Part shown: piece by piece, positions 31,601-43,457 of the stretch
Layout of the letters: each line of letters begins with the position of its first letter
How positions within the stretch are numbered: position 1 is the stretch's first letter
Origin: TPA_inf: Saccharomyces
Taxonomy: Eukaryota
Assembly (NCBI GenBank): GCA_000146045.2
Contig: BK006941.2
Location: 896,001-960,000 of the forward strand
Length of the DNA stretch: 64,000 nucleotides
Direction: 5' to 3'
Position numbers and translations under genes: made by a program
Notes under the pieces: generated by a model
What the model saw: the letters and a program-made list of their open reading frames with translations, nothing else
Database searches by the model: none
What the model was told of the DNA's origin: nothing

Positions 31601-34600
31601 TCTCCTCAACTTTTTTTTGCTCAGTATTTTTTATTATATGGTTTCTACTATCCAACTCAGTGATCTTGAACATTTTCATTGCCCTAATATCAGAAAGCAT
31701 GGAAGTGAAAGAAGAAGAAAAACGACCACAGCAAATTAAGCATTATCTTAAGTTCGTCTATCCTCAGAAAATACAAGAATATACACACGCTAGTTTGGTT
31801 GCGAGAATTCGTAAAAAATTCTTTGGAGGTCATAGGAACGAAGATACAAGAGATTTTAAGCAATTTCTTATGAGAGGAACCGCGATAATGAACATAGCGC
31901 AGAATATGGGGGAGTTGGCCGATGAATTCAAAGAGCCACCTTCAGAAAACCTATTTAAAAAGGGCTTATCAAAGCTCACAATTGGGGTTCCGTCACTAAA
32001 AAGGCTGAGAATGTTTGCTAATAATCCATTTTATAAAAATAGTGACGTTGTGTTTACAGAAACGAACGATATAAATGGGAGGACGTATATCTTGGAGTTG
32101 AATGAGTACGAGGATGAGAAGCTAGATTATTTAAAAAAGTACCCTTTATTCAATTACTCATATTATTTCTTTTCTCCTCAGCATAGATTTCGAAGGTTCT
32201 GTCAACGCTTGGTACCACCAAGCACTGGAAAAAGGACTGATGGATCACGATTTTTCGAGGATAGCACTGATCTATACAATAAAAGGAGCTATTTTCATCA
32301 TATTGAAAGAGATGTATTTGTATTCATTTTCGCACTTGCCACCATTTTACTAATTGTTTGCTCATGTTATGTTACGCCTCTATATCGTATGCATCACAAG
32401 ATGGGAACTTGGAATTGGTCCTCGGCGTTAGATTGCGCCTTCATTGGTGCCTTCTCAATTGAATTTATCGTGAAAACAGTAGCTGACGGATTTATATATT
32501 CTCCAAATGCTTACCTGAGGAATCCATGGAACTTTATTGATTTTTGTGTCCTAATCTCAATGTGGATTAATTTAATTGCATACCTAAAAAACAATGGAAA
32601 TTTGTCTAGGATTTTCAAGGGATTGACAGCCCTGAGGGCCCTCAGATGCCTCACGATCAGTAACACAGCTCGTCAAACATTTAACCTAGTTATGTTTGAT
32701 GGTTTAAATAAAATTTTTGAAGCTGGGTTGATTTCACTCAGTTTGCTATTTCCATTTACAGTTTGGGGCTTAAGCATTTTTAAAGGCCGTTTAGGTACTT
32801 GCAATGACGGAAGTTTGGGCCGTGCAGATTGTTACAATGAATATTCAAATTCCGTTTTTCAATGGGATATCATGTCTCCAAGGGTTTACCAGCAACCATA
32901 TCTTCATTTGGACTCTTTCGCAAGCGCTTTTAGTTCATTATACCAAATCATTTCTTTGGAAGGATGGGTTGATTTGTTGGAAAATATGATGAATAGTTCA
33001 GGAATAGGTACACCCGCTACGGTAATGGGTTCAGCAGGGAATGCTTTATTCCTCGTTCTGTTTAATTTTTTAAGTATGGTTTTCATCCTGAACTTGTTTG
33101 TTTCATTCATTGTTAACAACCAAGCAAGGACAACAGGAAGCGCTTACTTTACCATTGAGGAAAAGGCGTGGCTGGAATCCCAGAAACTTTTATCTCAGGC
33201 CAAGCCAAAAGCTATCCCAAATTTAATTGAGTTATCAAGAGTTAGGCAATTTTTCTATCAACTTGCAGTGGAGAAAAAAAATTTCTACTACGCATCGTTT
33301 CTTCAGGTAGTACTTTATTTGCACATAATCATGCTCCTGAGTCGAAGCTACAATCCAGGAAACTTGATAGGTTATCAAGGTGTTTATTTTATGTTTTCCA
33401 CTAGTGTTTTTTTAATTCAAGAGGCACTTCACATGTGCGGTGAAGGACCAAGATTATATTTTAGGCAAAAATGGAACAGCATACGACTCAGTATCATAAT
33501 TATAGCCTTTATTATGAACGCTGTAGCATTCCACGTTCCAGCCTCTCACTATTGGTTCCACAATATAAAGGGGTTTTTCCTGTTAGTGATATTTTTGTTT
33601 ATTATTCCTCAAAATGACACACTAACTGAACTATTAGAAACCGCAATGGCAAGCTTACCGCCTATTCTATCATTGACCTACACTTGGGGGGTTTTATTTT
33701 TAGTATATGCTATTGCTTTGAATCAAATCTTCGGCCTAACAAGGTTAGGGAGTAATACGACCGATAACATAAATTTTAGAACTGTAATCAAATCCATGAT
33801 TGTTCTGTTTAGATGTAGTTTTGGTGAGGGCTGGAATTATATCATGGCCGACCTAACTGTGTCAGAACCTTATTGCTCCTCTGATGATAATTCAACCTAT
33901 ACGGACTGTGGATCAGAGACATATGCCTATTTGTTATTAATGTCGTGGAATATTATTTCCATGTATATTTTTGTGAATATGTTTGTTTCGTTGATTATTG
34001 GTAATTTCAGTTATGTTTACCGTAGCGGTGGATCTCGCTCTGGCATCAACAGATCGGAGATAAAAAAATACATTGAAGCTTGGTCCAAATTTGATACTGA
34101 TGGAACTGGCGAGCTTGAGCTGTCCTACCTCCCAAGAATAATGCATTCATTTGACGGTCCTCTTTCATTTAAAATTTGGGAAGGTAGATTGACAATAAAA
34201 AGTCTAGTCGAGAACTACATGGAGGTTAACCCAGATGATCCATATGACGTCAAAATAGACCTGATCGGACTGAACAAAGAGCTGAATACGATTGATAAAG
34301 CAAAGATCATACAGAGGAAGTTACAGTACAGAAGATTTGTACAAAGCATTCACTATACGAATGCTTATAATGGATGTATCAGATTCTCGGATTTGTTATT
34401 ACAAATACCTCTCTATACAGCTTATTCTGCAAGGGAATGTCTAGGTATTGATCAATATGTCCATCATCTATATATCCTGGGTAAAGTGGACAAGTACTTA
34501 GAAAATCAAAGAAACTTCGATGTATTGGAGATGGTGGTAACAAGATGGAAATTTCATTGCAGGATGAAACGTACCATTGAACCCGAATGGGATGTTAAAG

Positions 34601-34815
34601 ATCCCACAGTATCGTCTCACATTTCGAATATAAACGTAAATCTGGAACCTGCTCCAGGAATTTTAGAAAGAGAACCTATTGCGACACCTAGAATGGACTA
34701 CGGTGTTAACAATTTTATGTGGTCTCCGAGAATGAATCAAGACTCTACGATGGAGCCCCCGGAAGAACCAATAGATAATAATGACGATAGCGCAAATGAT
34801 CTAATTGATAGATAA
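28696..34815 (+). CDS. CCH1: Voltage-gated-type high-affinity Ca2+ channel alpha-1 subunit homologue, 2039 aa (YGR217W).
   Basis: A very large ORF with four homologous 6-TM repeat domains carrying S4-like basic helices and pore loops, and an N-terminal Ser-rich region. Length matches CCH1. Confidence 0.95.
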   Translation: MQGRKRTLTEPFEPNTNPFGDNAAVMTENVEDNSETDGNRLESKPQALVPPALNIVPPESSIHSTEEKKGDEYNGNDKDSSLISNIFRTRVGRSSHENLSRPKLSLKTASFGAAESSRRNVSPSTKSAKSSSQYIDLNDERLRRRSFSSYSRSSSRRVSNSPSSTDRPPRSAKVLSLIAADDMDDFEDLQKGFKSAIDEEGLTWLPQLKSEKSRPVSDVGEDRGEGEQESIPDVHTPNVGASATPGSIHLTPEPAQNGSVSEGLEGSINNSRKKPSPKFFHHLSPQKEDKDQTEVIEYAEDILDFETLQRKLESRPFVLYGHSLGVFSPTNPLRIKIARFLLHRRYSLLYNTLLTFYAILLAIRTYNPHNVVFLYRFSNWTDYFIFILSACFTGNDIAKIIAFGFWDDSEMFKAYGREYKSILQRSGIMKLYIYLREKYGRKLIDFIIPFRIISPGEETKYQRSSLSTSLTKPYGAKENQRPFGTPRAFARSSWNRIDLVSSVSFWLGMFLSIKSYDTKTGIRIFKPLAILRILRLVNVDTGMPSILRGLKYGIPQLVNVSSMLVYFWIFFGILGVQIFQGSFRRQCVWFNPEDPTDTYQYDMQFCGGYLDPVTKRKQNYIYEDGSEGSVSKGFLCPQYSKCVSNANPYNGRISFDNIVNSMELVFVIMSANTFTDLMYYTMDSDEMAACLFFIVCIFVLTIWLLNLLIAVLVSSFEIANEEYKKKKFIYGSRKTGYVARIVTGYWKYFKLKANQTKFPNWSQKGLAIYSHVEFIFVILIICDIGMRASVKVSTSANCNNILLKTDRGISIVLFIESLARLVLYLPNMWKFLTKPSYVYDFIISIITLVISCLAVEGVLGHMYAWLSIFHISRFYRVIISFNLTKKLWKQILSNGVMIWNLSSFYFFFTFLVAIIMAVYFEGVIPPEEMADQPFGMYSLPNSFLSLFIIGSTENWTDILYALQKHSPNISSTFFCSVFFIIWFLLSNSVILNIFIALISESMEVKEEEKRPQQIKHYLKFVYPQKIQEYTHASLVARIRKKFFGGHRNEDTRDFKQFLMRGTAIMNIAQNMGELADEFKEPPSENLFKKGLSKLTIGVPSLKRLRMFANNPFYKNSDVVFTETNDINGRTYILELNEYEDEKLDYLKKYPLFNYSYYFFSPQHRFRRFCQRLVPPSTGKRTDGSRFFEDSTDLYNKRSYFHHIERDVFVFIFALATILLIVCSCYVTPLYRMHHKMGTWNWSSALDCAFIGAFSIEFIVKTVADGFIYSPNAYLRNPWNFIDFCVLISMWINLIAYLKNNGNLSRIFKGLTALRALRCLTISNTARQTFNLVMFDGLNKIFEAGLISLSLLFPFTVWGLSIFKGRLGTCNDGSLGRADCYNEYSNSVFQWDIMSPRVYQQPYLHLDSFASAFSSLYQIISLEGWVDLLENMMNSSGIGTPATVMGSAGNALFLVLFNFLSMVFILNLFVSFIVNNQARTTGSAYFTIEEKAWLESQKLLSQAKPKAIPNLIELSRVRQFFYQLAVEKKNFYYASFLQVVLYLHIIMLLSRSYNPGNLIGYQGVYFMFSTSVFLIQEALHMCGEGPRLYFRQKWNSIRLSIIIIAFIMNAVAFHVPASHYWFHNIKGFFLLVIFLFIIPQNDTLTELLETAMASLPPILSLTYTWGVLFLVYAIALNQIFGLTRLGSNTTDNINFRTVIKSMIVLFRCSFGEGWNYIMADLTVSEPYCSSDDNSTYTDCGSETYAYLLLMSWNIISMYIFVNMFVSLIIGNFSYVYRSGGSRSGINRSEIKKYIEAWSKFDTDGTGELELSYLPRIMHSFDGPLSFKIWEGRLTIKSLVENYMEVNPDDPYDVKIDLIGLNKELNTIDKAKIIQRKLQYRRFVQSIHYTNAYNGCIRFSDLLLQIPLYTAYSARECLGIDQYVHHLYILGKVDKYLENQRNFDVLEMVVTRWKFHCRMKRTIEPEWDVKDPTVSSHISNINVNLEPAPGILEREPIATPRMDYGVNNFMWSPRMNQDSTMEPPEEPIDNNDDSANDLIDR

Positions 34816-34952
34816 ATTATATAAGGGCATATTTAAGAGGCTTTATAGATGTAAAAATGAACAATAAGAATAATTTAAATTTGTTTTATTGAGAGGTGAT
34901 TTTCTAGAGCATGTCAAACTTTACTATTCAGGGAAAAAAGAAAAGAAAAAAA

Positions 34953-35023
34953 TGCGCAAGCCCGGAATCGAACCGGGGGCCCAACGATGGCAACGTTGGA
35001 TTTTACCACTAAACCACTTGCGC
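34953..35023 (-). tRNA. tG(GCC): tRNA-Gly, anticodon GCC, 71 nt with no intron, transcribed by Pol III.
   Basis: The reverse complement reads GCGCAAGTGGTTTAGTGGTAAAATCCAACGTTGCCATCGTTGGGCCCCCGGTTCGATTCCGGGCTTGCGCA. A-box (TGGTTTAGTGG) and B-box (GGTTCGATTCC) promoters are present. The anticodon loop is UUGCCAU. An oligo-T terminator follows on the minus strand (a run of A at 34925-34952 on the plus strand). Confidence 0.92.
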
Positions 35024-35039
35024 TTACTGATTATATCTT

Positions 35040-35687
35040 AATGGTTGAAGAGATCTGAATAAGTTTTATCTTCCTCTGGGCAAAGAATACTATACATTGC
35101 AAGAGTACCCATTAGAAGGGAATTAATTTATGCACTCTAAATCTTTTTTGATTATTCCGGATATTATTTTTGTTGATAATTAGAGGTAAAAAATAGTATT
35201 AATGAAGAAATAAGTATTGATCTTCTTATACTAAATAAGAGAGGTATATAAAACACACGCCGATTGGTCATATTAATCATGACCAATATAATAGTGATTC
35301 CGGTAGTTACTATACATTGATGTGACGACTCATATTCCTCATATATGTACCTACCATATCATGTTCAACTAATAGATTTTAAGCACAGCTTCAGTATTGT
35401 CTCAGCTTCTCGTTTAACATTCCTTCTGCAATAGGTGCAATCACACTTAAACGTATACGAGGTGTACATTAATATACGATGTAAGCATTATATTGTTACC
35501 ATAGCAACTCATGTCACTATTAATTACTCTCGTTCCAACAATTTTGTATTTGAAGCTTTAACGGGTGTTAAATGCACAGCCGATACGGCTCATCCGAAAA
35601 GTAACGCCAATTATATTAACAGCTTTTCCATTTATTTAGAATGGCGATACAACGGAAACATACGAATATGATAGTACTCAATTGTTG
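35040..35687. mobile_element. Probable degenerate LTR remnant(s) (Ty3 sigma / Ty4 tau / older delta fragments) between the tRNA-Gly 5' end and the intact delta.
   Basis: The sequence is AT-rich and non-coding. It begins about 17 bp upstream of the tRNA 5' end, which is the position characteristic of Ty3 targeting. It contains LTR-like segments (e.g. TGTTGATAATTAGAGGTAAAAAATAGTATT) and a TATATAAAA box. I cannot assign the family from memory. Confidence 0.3.
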
Positions 35688-36019
35688 TGTTGGAATAAAA
35701 ATCCACTATCGTCTATCAACTAATAGTTATATTATCAATATATTATCATATACGGTGTTAAGATGATGACATAAGTTATGAGAAGCTGTCATCGATGTTA
35801 GAGGAAGCTGAAGTGCAAGGATTGATAATATAATAGGATAATGAAACATATAAAACGGAATGAGGAATAATCGTAATATTAGTATGTAGAAATATAGATT
35901 CCATTTTGAGGATTCCTATATCCTCGAGGAGAACTTCTAGTATATTCTGTATACCTAATATTATAGCCTTTATCAACAATGGAATCCCAACAATTATCTC
36001 ATCATTTACCCATTTCTCA
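35688..36019 (+). mobile_element. Ty1/Ty2 delta solo LTR, about 332 bp.
   Basis: It starts TGTTGGAATAAAAATCCACTATCGTCTATCAACTAATAGTTATATTATCAATATATTATCATATACGGTGTTAAGATGATGACATAAG. It ends ...GAGGAGAACTTCTAGTATATTCTGTATACCTAATATTATAGCCTTTATCAACAATGGAATCCCAACAATTATCTCA. Both are the canonical delta termini with the TG...CA inverted ends. Confidence 0.85.
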
Positions 36020-36540
36020 TGTTGTGTACACATTATATACCTCCCAGTTACTGTCAATCCTCTCCTCTTATATCGTTTCAATACAAATAATATATTATGA
36101 AGGGCAATATTACATCATTACCCGGAGATATATACTATTTGGAATGATCTTTCTTTATAAGAAAAAAAAAGAATTTCGCAGATTTCCCTGGCTTTCCTTA
36201 TTCTTCCTACGTTAGCATTATTATGAATTATCGCTAATAGCAAAGGCAAAAAAGATTATCAACTGCAGGATATTCGGTCACAACTTTGACATAGATCTTG
36301 AGAACCTCAACACTATTCATTTCTCTGGCCTGATTATTTTAAGTAAAGTCAATCATTGTTAAGTTTTCTTTTGTTCTTTTCTATCATTCTCGCTCTTTCA
36401 ATTACTTACACCTACAATAATAGACGTTGACCTGTGAAAGGCAAGAAACTTAACTAATAGTATAATTAAGAAGAAGTTAACATTTTACTCTACATTATTG
36501 AAACCGCTCACTGACTTCAAAAATAGGATAAAAACATAAT

Positions 36541-39500
36541 ATGGAAGGAATTTTGGATTTTTCTAACGACTTAGATATCGCTCTATTAGATCAGGTGGTA
36601 TCTACATTCTATCAAGGTTCAGGTGTTCAGCAAAAGCAAGCCCAAGAGATTTTGACTAAATTTCAAGATAATCCAGACGCTTGGCAAAAAGCTGACCAAA
36701 TTCTTCAATTCTCAACTAACCCTCAATCAAAATTTATTGCCCTTTCCATCCTTGATAAATTAATTACTAGAAAATGGAAATTGTTGCCGAATGATCATAG
36801 AATTGGAATTAGGAACTTCGTTGTTGGTATGATTATCTCCATGTGCCAAGACGATGAAGTATTTAAAACACAAAAGAACCTGATCAATAAGTCGGACTTG
36901 ACTTTGGTCCAAATTTTAAAGCAGGAATGGCCTCAGAATTGGCCTGAATTTATCCCAGAACTAATCGGCAGTTCAAGTTCCTCTGTTAATGTTTGTGAAA
37001 ATAACATGATCGTTTTGAAACTGCTATCCGAAGAAGTCTTCGATTTCTCTGCGGAACAAATGACACAAGCTAAAGCTTTACATTTGAAAAATTCCATGTC
37101 AAAAGAATTTGAACAGATTTTTAAATTATGTTTTCAAGTTTTGGAACAAGGTTCTTCAAGCTCTCTAATAGTGGCAACCTTAGAATCTTTACTGAGATAT
37201 TTACATTGGATTCCTTATCGTTATATTTATGAAACCAATATTTTGGAATTATTAAGCACCAAATTCATGACATCGCCTGATACAAGAGCCATCACATTGA
37301 AATGTTTGACTGAGGTTTCAAATCTAAAAATTCCACAAGATAATGATTTGATAAAAAGACAAACTGTACTTTTTTTCCAAAATACTCTACAACAAATTGC
37401 CACAAGTGTGATGCCCGTGACTGCCGATCTGAAAGCCACTTATGCAAATGCTAACGGTAATGATCAATCTTTCTTACAAGATTTAGCAATGTTTCTAACT
37501 ACATATCTCGCTCGTAATAGGGCCCTTCTAGAGAGTGATGAATCGTTAAGAGAGTTGTTGTTGAATGCGCACCAATACTTAATTCAATTATCCAAAATCG
37601 AAGAAAGAGAACTATTTAAGACGACATTGGATTACTGGCATAATTTAGTAGCAGATTTGTTTTATGAGGTTCAGCGTTTGCCTGCTACCGAAATGAGCCC
37701 ATTGATACAGTTATCAGTCGGTTCACAAGCTATCTCAACTGGATCTGGCGCCCTAAATCCGGAATATATGAAAAGATTTCCATTAAAAAAACATATTTAC
37801 GAAGAAATTTGTTCACAGTTGAGATTGGTCATTATTGAAAATATGGTTAGACCAGAAGAAGTCCTTGTGGTTGAAAATGATGAAGGAGAAATTGTTAGAG
37901 AGTTCGTTAAAGAATCAGACACTATCCAATTATACAAATCAGAAAGAGAGGTTCTTGTATATTTGACCCATTTGAATGTTATCGATACAGAAGAAATCAT
38001 GATCAGTAAATTGGCAAGGCAAATCGATGGTTCCGAATGGTCATGGCATAATATCAACACTTTATCTTGGGCTATTGGTTCCATATCTGGTACAATGAGC
38101 GAAGATACTGAAAAAAGGTTTGTAGTTACTGTTATTAAAGATTTACTAGATTTAACGGTCAAGAAAAGGGGTAAAGATAATAAAGCTGTTGTTGCATCGG
38201 ATATTATGTACGTCGTGGGCCAATATCCTAGATTTTTGAAGGCTCACTGGAATTTTCTAAGAACAGTTATTTTGAAACTTTTTGAATTTATGCATGAAAC
38301 TCATGAGGGTGTTCAGGATATGGCATGTGACACATTCATTAAGATTGTTCAAAAATGTAAATATCATTTTGTTATTCAACAACCCCGTGAGTCTGAGCCT
38401 TTCATCCAAACAATAATTAGGGATATTCAAAAGACAACTGCTGACCTACAGCCGCAACAGGTCCATACATTTTACAAGGCTTGTGGTATTATTATTTCTG
38501 AAGAAAGAAGCGTAGCGGAGAGAAATAGATTATTAAGTGATTTGATGCAACTGCCAAATATGGCTTGGGACACTATAGTGGAACAATCCACTGCTAACCC
38601 AACATTGTTGTTAGATTCTGAAACTGTCAAAATTATTGCGAATATTATAAAAACCAATGTAGCTGTCTGCACCTCAATGGGAGCAGATTTCTATCCACAG
38701 TTGGGTCACATCTATTACAATATGCTTCAGCTATACAGAGCTGTTTCTTCGATGATTTCTGCTCAAGTTGCCGCAGAAGGTCTAATTGCTACGAAGACAC
38801 CAAAGGTTCGTGGTTTGAGAACCATCAAAAAAGAGATTCTGAAGCTTGTTGAGACCTATATATCCAAGGCGAGAAATTTGGATGATGTCGTTAAAGTGTT
38901 AGTTGAGCCATTATTGAACGCTGTACTTGAAGACTATATGAACAACGTTCCTGATGCAAGGGACGCCGAAGTGCTAAATTGTATGACAACAGTAGTAGAA
39001 AAGGTTGGTCATATGATCCCACAAGGTGTTATTTTAATTTTACAGAGTGTATTTGAATGCACTTTGGACATGATTAACAAAGACTTCACAGAATATCCAG
39101 AGCATCGTGTAGAATTTTACAAGTTATTGAAGGTCATCAATGAGAAATCATTTGCTGCATTTTTGGAACTACCTCCGGCTGCCTTTAAATTGTTTGTTGA
39201 CGCTATTTGTTGGGCGTTCAAACATAACAATAGAGATGTCGAAGTTAATGGTCTACAGATTGCATTAGACCTAGTGAAAAACATTGAAAGAATGGGAAAT
39301 GTCCCATTTGCAAATGAGTTCCACAAGAATTATTTTTTCATTTTTGTCAGTGAAACGTTTTTTGTTTTAACCGATTCCGACCACAAATCCGGTTTTTCTA
39401 AGCAAGCTTTGTTACTAATGAAGTTGATTTCTTTGGTTTATGATAACAAGATTTCGGTACCATTATATCAAGAAGCTGAGGTACCACAAGGAACTTCAAA

Positions 39501-39795
39501 TCAAGTCTACTTAAGCCAATATTTGGCTAATATGTTAAGTAATGCATTCCCCCATTTAACATCCGAACAAATCGCAAGTTTTCTCTCTGCATTAACTAAA
39601 CAATACAAAGACTTAGTGGTCTTCAAAGGCACTTTGAGGGACTTTTTGGTGCAAATCAAAGAAGTCGGAGGTGATCCAACAGATTATTTGTTTGCTGAAG
39701 ATAAAGAGAATGCATTAATGGAACAGAATAGACTAGAGAGGGAAAAAGCTGCCAAGATTGGTGGGTTATTAAAACCTTCCGAACTTGATGATTAG
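36541..39795 (+). CDS. CRM1: Exportin-1 / karyopherin Crm1, 1084 aa (YGR218W).
   Basis: HEAT-repeat exportin with an N-terminal importin-beta domain. It contains the segment [40 protein letters not shown] with Thr at the position of the leptomycin-reactive Cys. Length matches. Confidence 0.95.
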   Translation: MEGILDFSNDLDIALLDQVVSTFYQGSGVQQKQAQEILTKFQDNPDAWQKADQILQFSTNPQSKFIALSILDKLITRKWKLLPNDHRIGIRNFVVGMIISMCQDDEVFKTQKNLINKSDLTLVQILKQEWPQNWPEFIPELIGSSSSSVNVCENNMIVLKLLSEEVFDFSAEQMTQAKALHLKNSMSKEFEQIFKLCFQVLEQGSSSSLIVATLESLLRYLHWIPYRYIYETNILELLSTKFMTSPDTRAITLKCLTEVSNLKIPQDNDLIKRQTVLFFQNTLQQIATSVMPVTADLKATYANANGNDQSFLQDLAMFLTTYLARNRALLESDESLRELLLNAHQYLIQLSKIEERELFKTTLDYWHNLVADLFYEVQRLPATEMSPLIQLSVGSQAISTGSGALNPEYMKRFPLKKHIYEEICSQLRLVIIENMVRPEEVLVVENDEGEIVREFVKESDTIQLYKSEREVLVYLTHLNVIDTEEIMISKLARQIDGSEWSWHNINTLSWAIGSISGTMSEDTEKRFVVTVIKDLLDLTVKKRGKDNKAVVASDIMYVVGQYPRFLKAHWNFLRTVILKLFEFMHETHEGVQDMACDTFIKIVQKCKYHFVIQQPRESEPFIQTIIRDIQKTTADLQPQQVHTFYKACGIIISEERSVAERNRLLSDLMQLPNMAWDTIVEQSTANPTLLLDSETVKIIANIIKTNVAVCTSMGADFYPQLGHIYYNMLQLYRAVSSMISAQVAAEGLIATKTPKVRGLRTIKKEILKLVETYISKARNLDDVVKVLVEPLLNAVLEDYMNNVPDARDAEVLNCMTTVVEKVGHMIPQGVILILQSVFECTLDMINKDFTEYPEHRVEFYKLLKVINEKSFAAFLELPPAAFKLFVDAICWAFKHNNRDVEVNGLQIALDLVKNIERMGNVPFANEFHKNYFFIFVSETFFVLTDSDHKSGFSKQALLLMKLISLVYDNKISVPLYQEAEVPQGTSNQVYLSQYLANMLSNAFPHLTSEQIASFLSALTKQYKDLVVFKGTLRDFLVQIKEVGGDPTDYLFAEDKENALMEQNRLEREKAAKIGGLLKPSELDD

Positions 39796-40073
39796 AGGCG
39801 GTGGCGTATCATTCTTTAAATTTCCAATATTTTTTCCCTTTTATTAACTAGTCTCTAATTTATAACCACGGGGTTTTCATTTCTTTTTCACTTCATATTG
39901 TATGTAAATTGGTTCTTCAAAGTTCCAATACTCTAATATAGTACTAAATACTATTTAGCCAACTTCATGGAAAAGTAAAGAATATTATTTGAAGATTCTT
40001 AAGTGATTACCCATTTTATTGTTATTATTGATGTATGTACATGATTGTAGTAAAATACTTATACGCCTTATGC

Positions 40074-40907
<834 letters not shown>

Positions 40908-41123
40908 TCAAAGAGTTGCCCTTTCTCGTCCCAGTTGTCAATTTATCGTCCATATATTTTTCAATAAAGTTCGTTTGACAAGGGATTACCCGAAAACAAA
41001 TATCTCGCGACTGTAATAGGAGAAATGGCATTAGCATTTCAATTAAGGAAAGAAGAGGATCATCGAGAAACGAATTTATGGTGCTTATTTACTGTTACAA
41101 CATTTCATGATTTTGAATTTTAT

Positions 41124-42992
41124 TTATACATGTACATTCTCGTACGGTGTTATTTCGTAATTATGGGATGTGCCCAGTTGCTTCCTTAAGTCTTCCGTAG
41201 AAGCTTTAAAAGGTAAGATTTCCCCCACACTAGGAGGCTGCAAGATGTCAGTGTCATCCAATAACCCACTAACACGGAAATTTATTGCATTTGACAACGT
41301 TGACGGCGGTTGTGATAAAGAAGATGATGTTGTAGTGGATGAGTTACCAGGGAGATATTGGGCCTTTATTAAATTTCTTAAAGATCCTGCAGGCTTATAG
41401 CGAGGTTTCATAGAAAGTTCTGATGGGTTGGTCATAACAACACTTTGTCTAAGCTGATATGGAAGGGGCGTACAAAATTGCTTTGTCAAAGATGTTGACG
41501 GTATTTTCGTAGGCGAACTGTAAAACATTTCAGGATGATCCATTGGATTCAACGCTGTCCCATTAAGCCTAGCTGTAGGTACATGTTTTAGTGTTTTTGG
41601 AGGTTTAGGCCTTCCTTTGAATGACGTCAAGGAATGCGAAGAGGTGGAATAAATGAATTGGGTAGGCGTGGGCAAATCTCCGATGTTCTCATAATTTTGA
41701 GGATGTTCTAACGGGAGGGGATAATTATAGTAGTAATTGTCATCATTGCTCTGGTTGCAGTGATCTATAAAATATGTAGAATATTGCTGAGCAGAAGTAA
41801 GATTTGACTGACCCGAACCCTCCGAAAGGGCCCGTACGGGAGCCTTTGCAGAGTGAATATGGTCCTTAGCGACCGTGTCAGAATATATTGATGAGGTAAT
41901 TCTCGTTGAAAGACCATTCGGTGGTGGGAATGTAAGAGATAGAGACGATTCGGGAATCACTTTTTCTCTGGTTGCTACTTCTGAATATACTGACGATGCA
42001 ATGTTTTTATTCTCTTGTGGTGCCGGCACTTGCAGATAATCAGTTGCATCTTCATATTCCTCATTGGCGCTGGAACTGGAATCAATTTCTTGGACAGTTG
42101 TACTTCCGAAGTGACTCTGTTCAATTAATGTAGTATCATTTGGATTGTCTTGAGAGCTCATATTTACACTTTTTCTTGTAGCGATGTTTAATTTAGAGTC
42201 ACGCCGTATCGAAGAAGTTACAGAGGATCGTATCGTGCTATTACTTTTCTCAAAATAAATGTTATAAATGCTTCTTATTCTGTCAATATTTTCTTCCTCC
42301 TCTCTCGAACACTGAGGCTCGAGCCCGCTACGACTCGTATAATTCGATTTAAGTCGATTATCGTTGTTATGGCTGGACTTTTCATTTACATCAGGATTTG
42401 ACGTACTATCACATCTTTGATCACAGTCTTGCCCAGTATTTGAGTGTTGTGGTGAAACAATCAGCTCAGAATTCTCTAACGATTCGAAAGAAATCTTATT
42501 CGAAAGGTCAATGTGCTTGGAGGGGACCGATAACTTGCTGTTATTCTGCGAAGCCAGTGAAGCAATATTATAAGCGGAGGGTGCATGCTCATTGATACGC
42601 CTCACATAATCTTTGAAAGATTGTGAGTTTTCGATTGACGGTTGCAAAAAATCGTCATAACCACCATAAATAAACCTCTTTTCTGTGGCATTGCTGTCTG
42701 AGTTTGCAGAATTCATAGAAGAATCCATCTTCGGTAAATAGTATAAATCGCCCTCAAAATTTGGGTCAAAATCCTGCATAGAAGGTTCTTTTTTGCATCT
42801 CCTATATACTACTATTAAAACGACGGATAGTACTATAATAATAGCACCAATGGGAACAGCAACGGCCACTGCAACAGTGACGTTAGATGAATCGGTTCTT
42901 TTCTGAAGAAATGTCAGTGATACGCGAGATTTGTCTGGTATAGCCTCTCTTTTTTGGCAAGAATTTTCTTTATAGCGGTAGTGACTAAACAT
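41124..42992 (-). CDS. TOS2: Ser/Thr/Asn-rich single-TM protein localised to sites of polarised growth, 622 aa (YGR221C).
   Basis: One N-terminal TM helix (VAVAVAVPIGAIIIVLSVVLIVV) is followed by long low-complexity S/T/N-rich sequence. Length and position match TOS2. Confidence 0.75.
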   Translation of the reverse strand: MFSHYRYKENSCQKREAIPDKSRVSLTFLQKRTDSSNVTVAVAVAVPIGAIIIVLSVVLIVVYRRCKKEPSMQDFDPNFEGDLYYLPKMDSSMNSANSDSNATEKRFIYGGYDDFLQPSIENSQSFKDYVRRINEHAPSAYNIASLASQNNSKLSVPSKHIDLSNKISFESLENSELIVSPQHSNTGQDCDQRCDSTSNPDVNEKSSHNNDNRLKSNYTSRSGLEPQCSREEEENIDRIRSIYNIYFEKSNSTIRSSVTSSIRRDSKLNIATRKSVNMSSQDNPNDTTLIEQSHFGSTTVQEIDSSSSANEEYEDATDYLQVPAPQENKNIASSVYSEVATREKVIPESSLSLTFPPPNGLSTRITSSIYSDTVAKDHIHSAKAPVRALSEGSGQSNLTSAQQYSTYFIDHCNQSNDDNYYYNYPLPLEHPQNYENIGDLPTPTQFIYSTSSHSLTSFKGRPKPPKTLKHVPTARLNGTALNPMDHPEMFYSSPTKIPSTSLTKQFCTPLPYQLRQSVVMTNPSELSMKPRYKPAGSLRNLIKAQYLPGNSSTTTSSSLSQPPSTLSNAINFRVSGLLDDTDILQPPSVGEILPFKASTEDLRKQLGTSHNYEITPYENVHV

Positions 42993-43457
42993 GGACGCTT
43001 TATAGCATCTAAAGTAGGGGAAGCACTATTTCTCACTTGCAGTTACTATGAAGTATATTTCGATCGCACAAGTTGCTTTACTATGCTATTGCAGCCTAAG
43101 ATAAAGGCAACAACCGATGAAACAAGAGTAAAGGGTATACTCTTTTATGCAAATGCTCCTTTACGCGACTGGTCATTATTGAACATCGAACACTTTCGAA
43201 TAGTTTAGTCTCAAATGTATCGAACGCGAAACTTTAAAAGCGCATTCTTGTTCTTTTTTCGCGACTTGCTCCTGTGATCGTCTTATTTCTGCTCCATATT
43301 ATCTATTCTTTACTTAAAGCTTCCTAAAAATGCAGTCAGGATAAAAGCAAATGCTTCAATGGAGTTAATATATATACCGAAACAAGAAAATGAGTTCTAT
43401 ATATTTGTTCCATGGACTCATGAATCAAATTTGTAGAAAAATAAAATAGAAAAGATA

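Noticed and set aside
35435-36215. Four small ORFs of 64-101 aa downstream of the tRNA-Gly gene.
   Set aside because: They fall within Ty delta / LTR-remnant sequence, which is AT-rich and non-coding. None has a start context or composition consistent with a real gene.
36020-36240. Possible second LTR fragment or Ty internal sequence immediately 3' of the delta element.
   Set aside because: I could not match it to a known Ty terminus from memory. I left it as part of the general LTR-debris zone rather than calling a discrete element.
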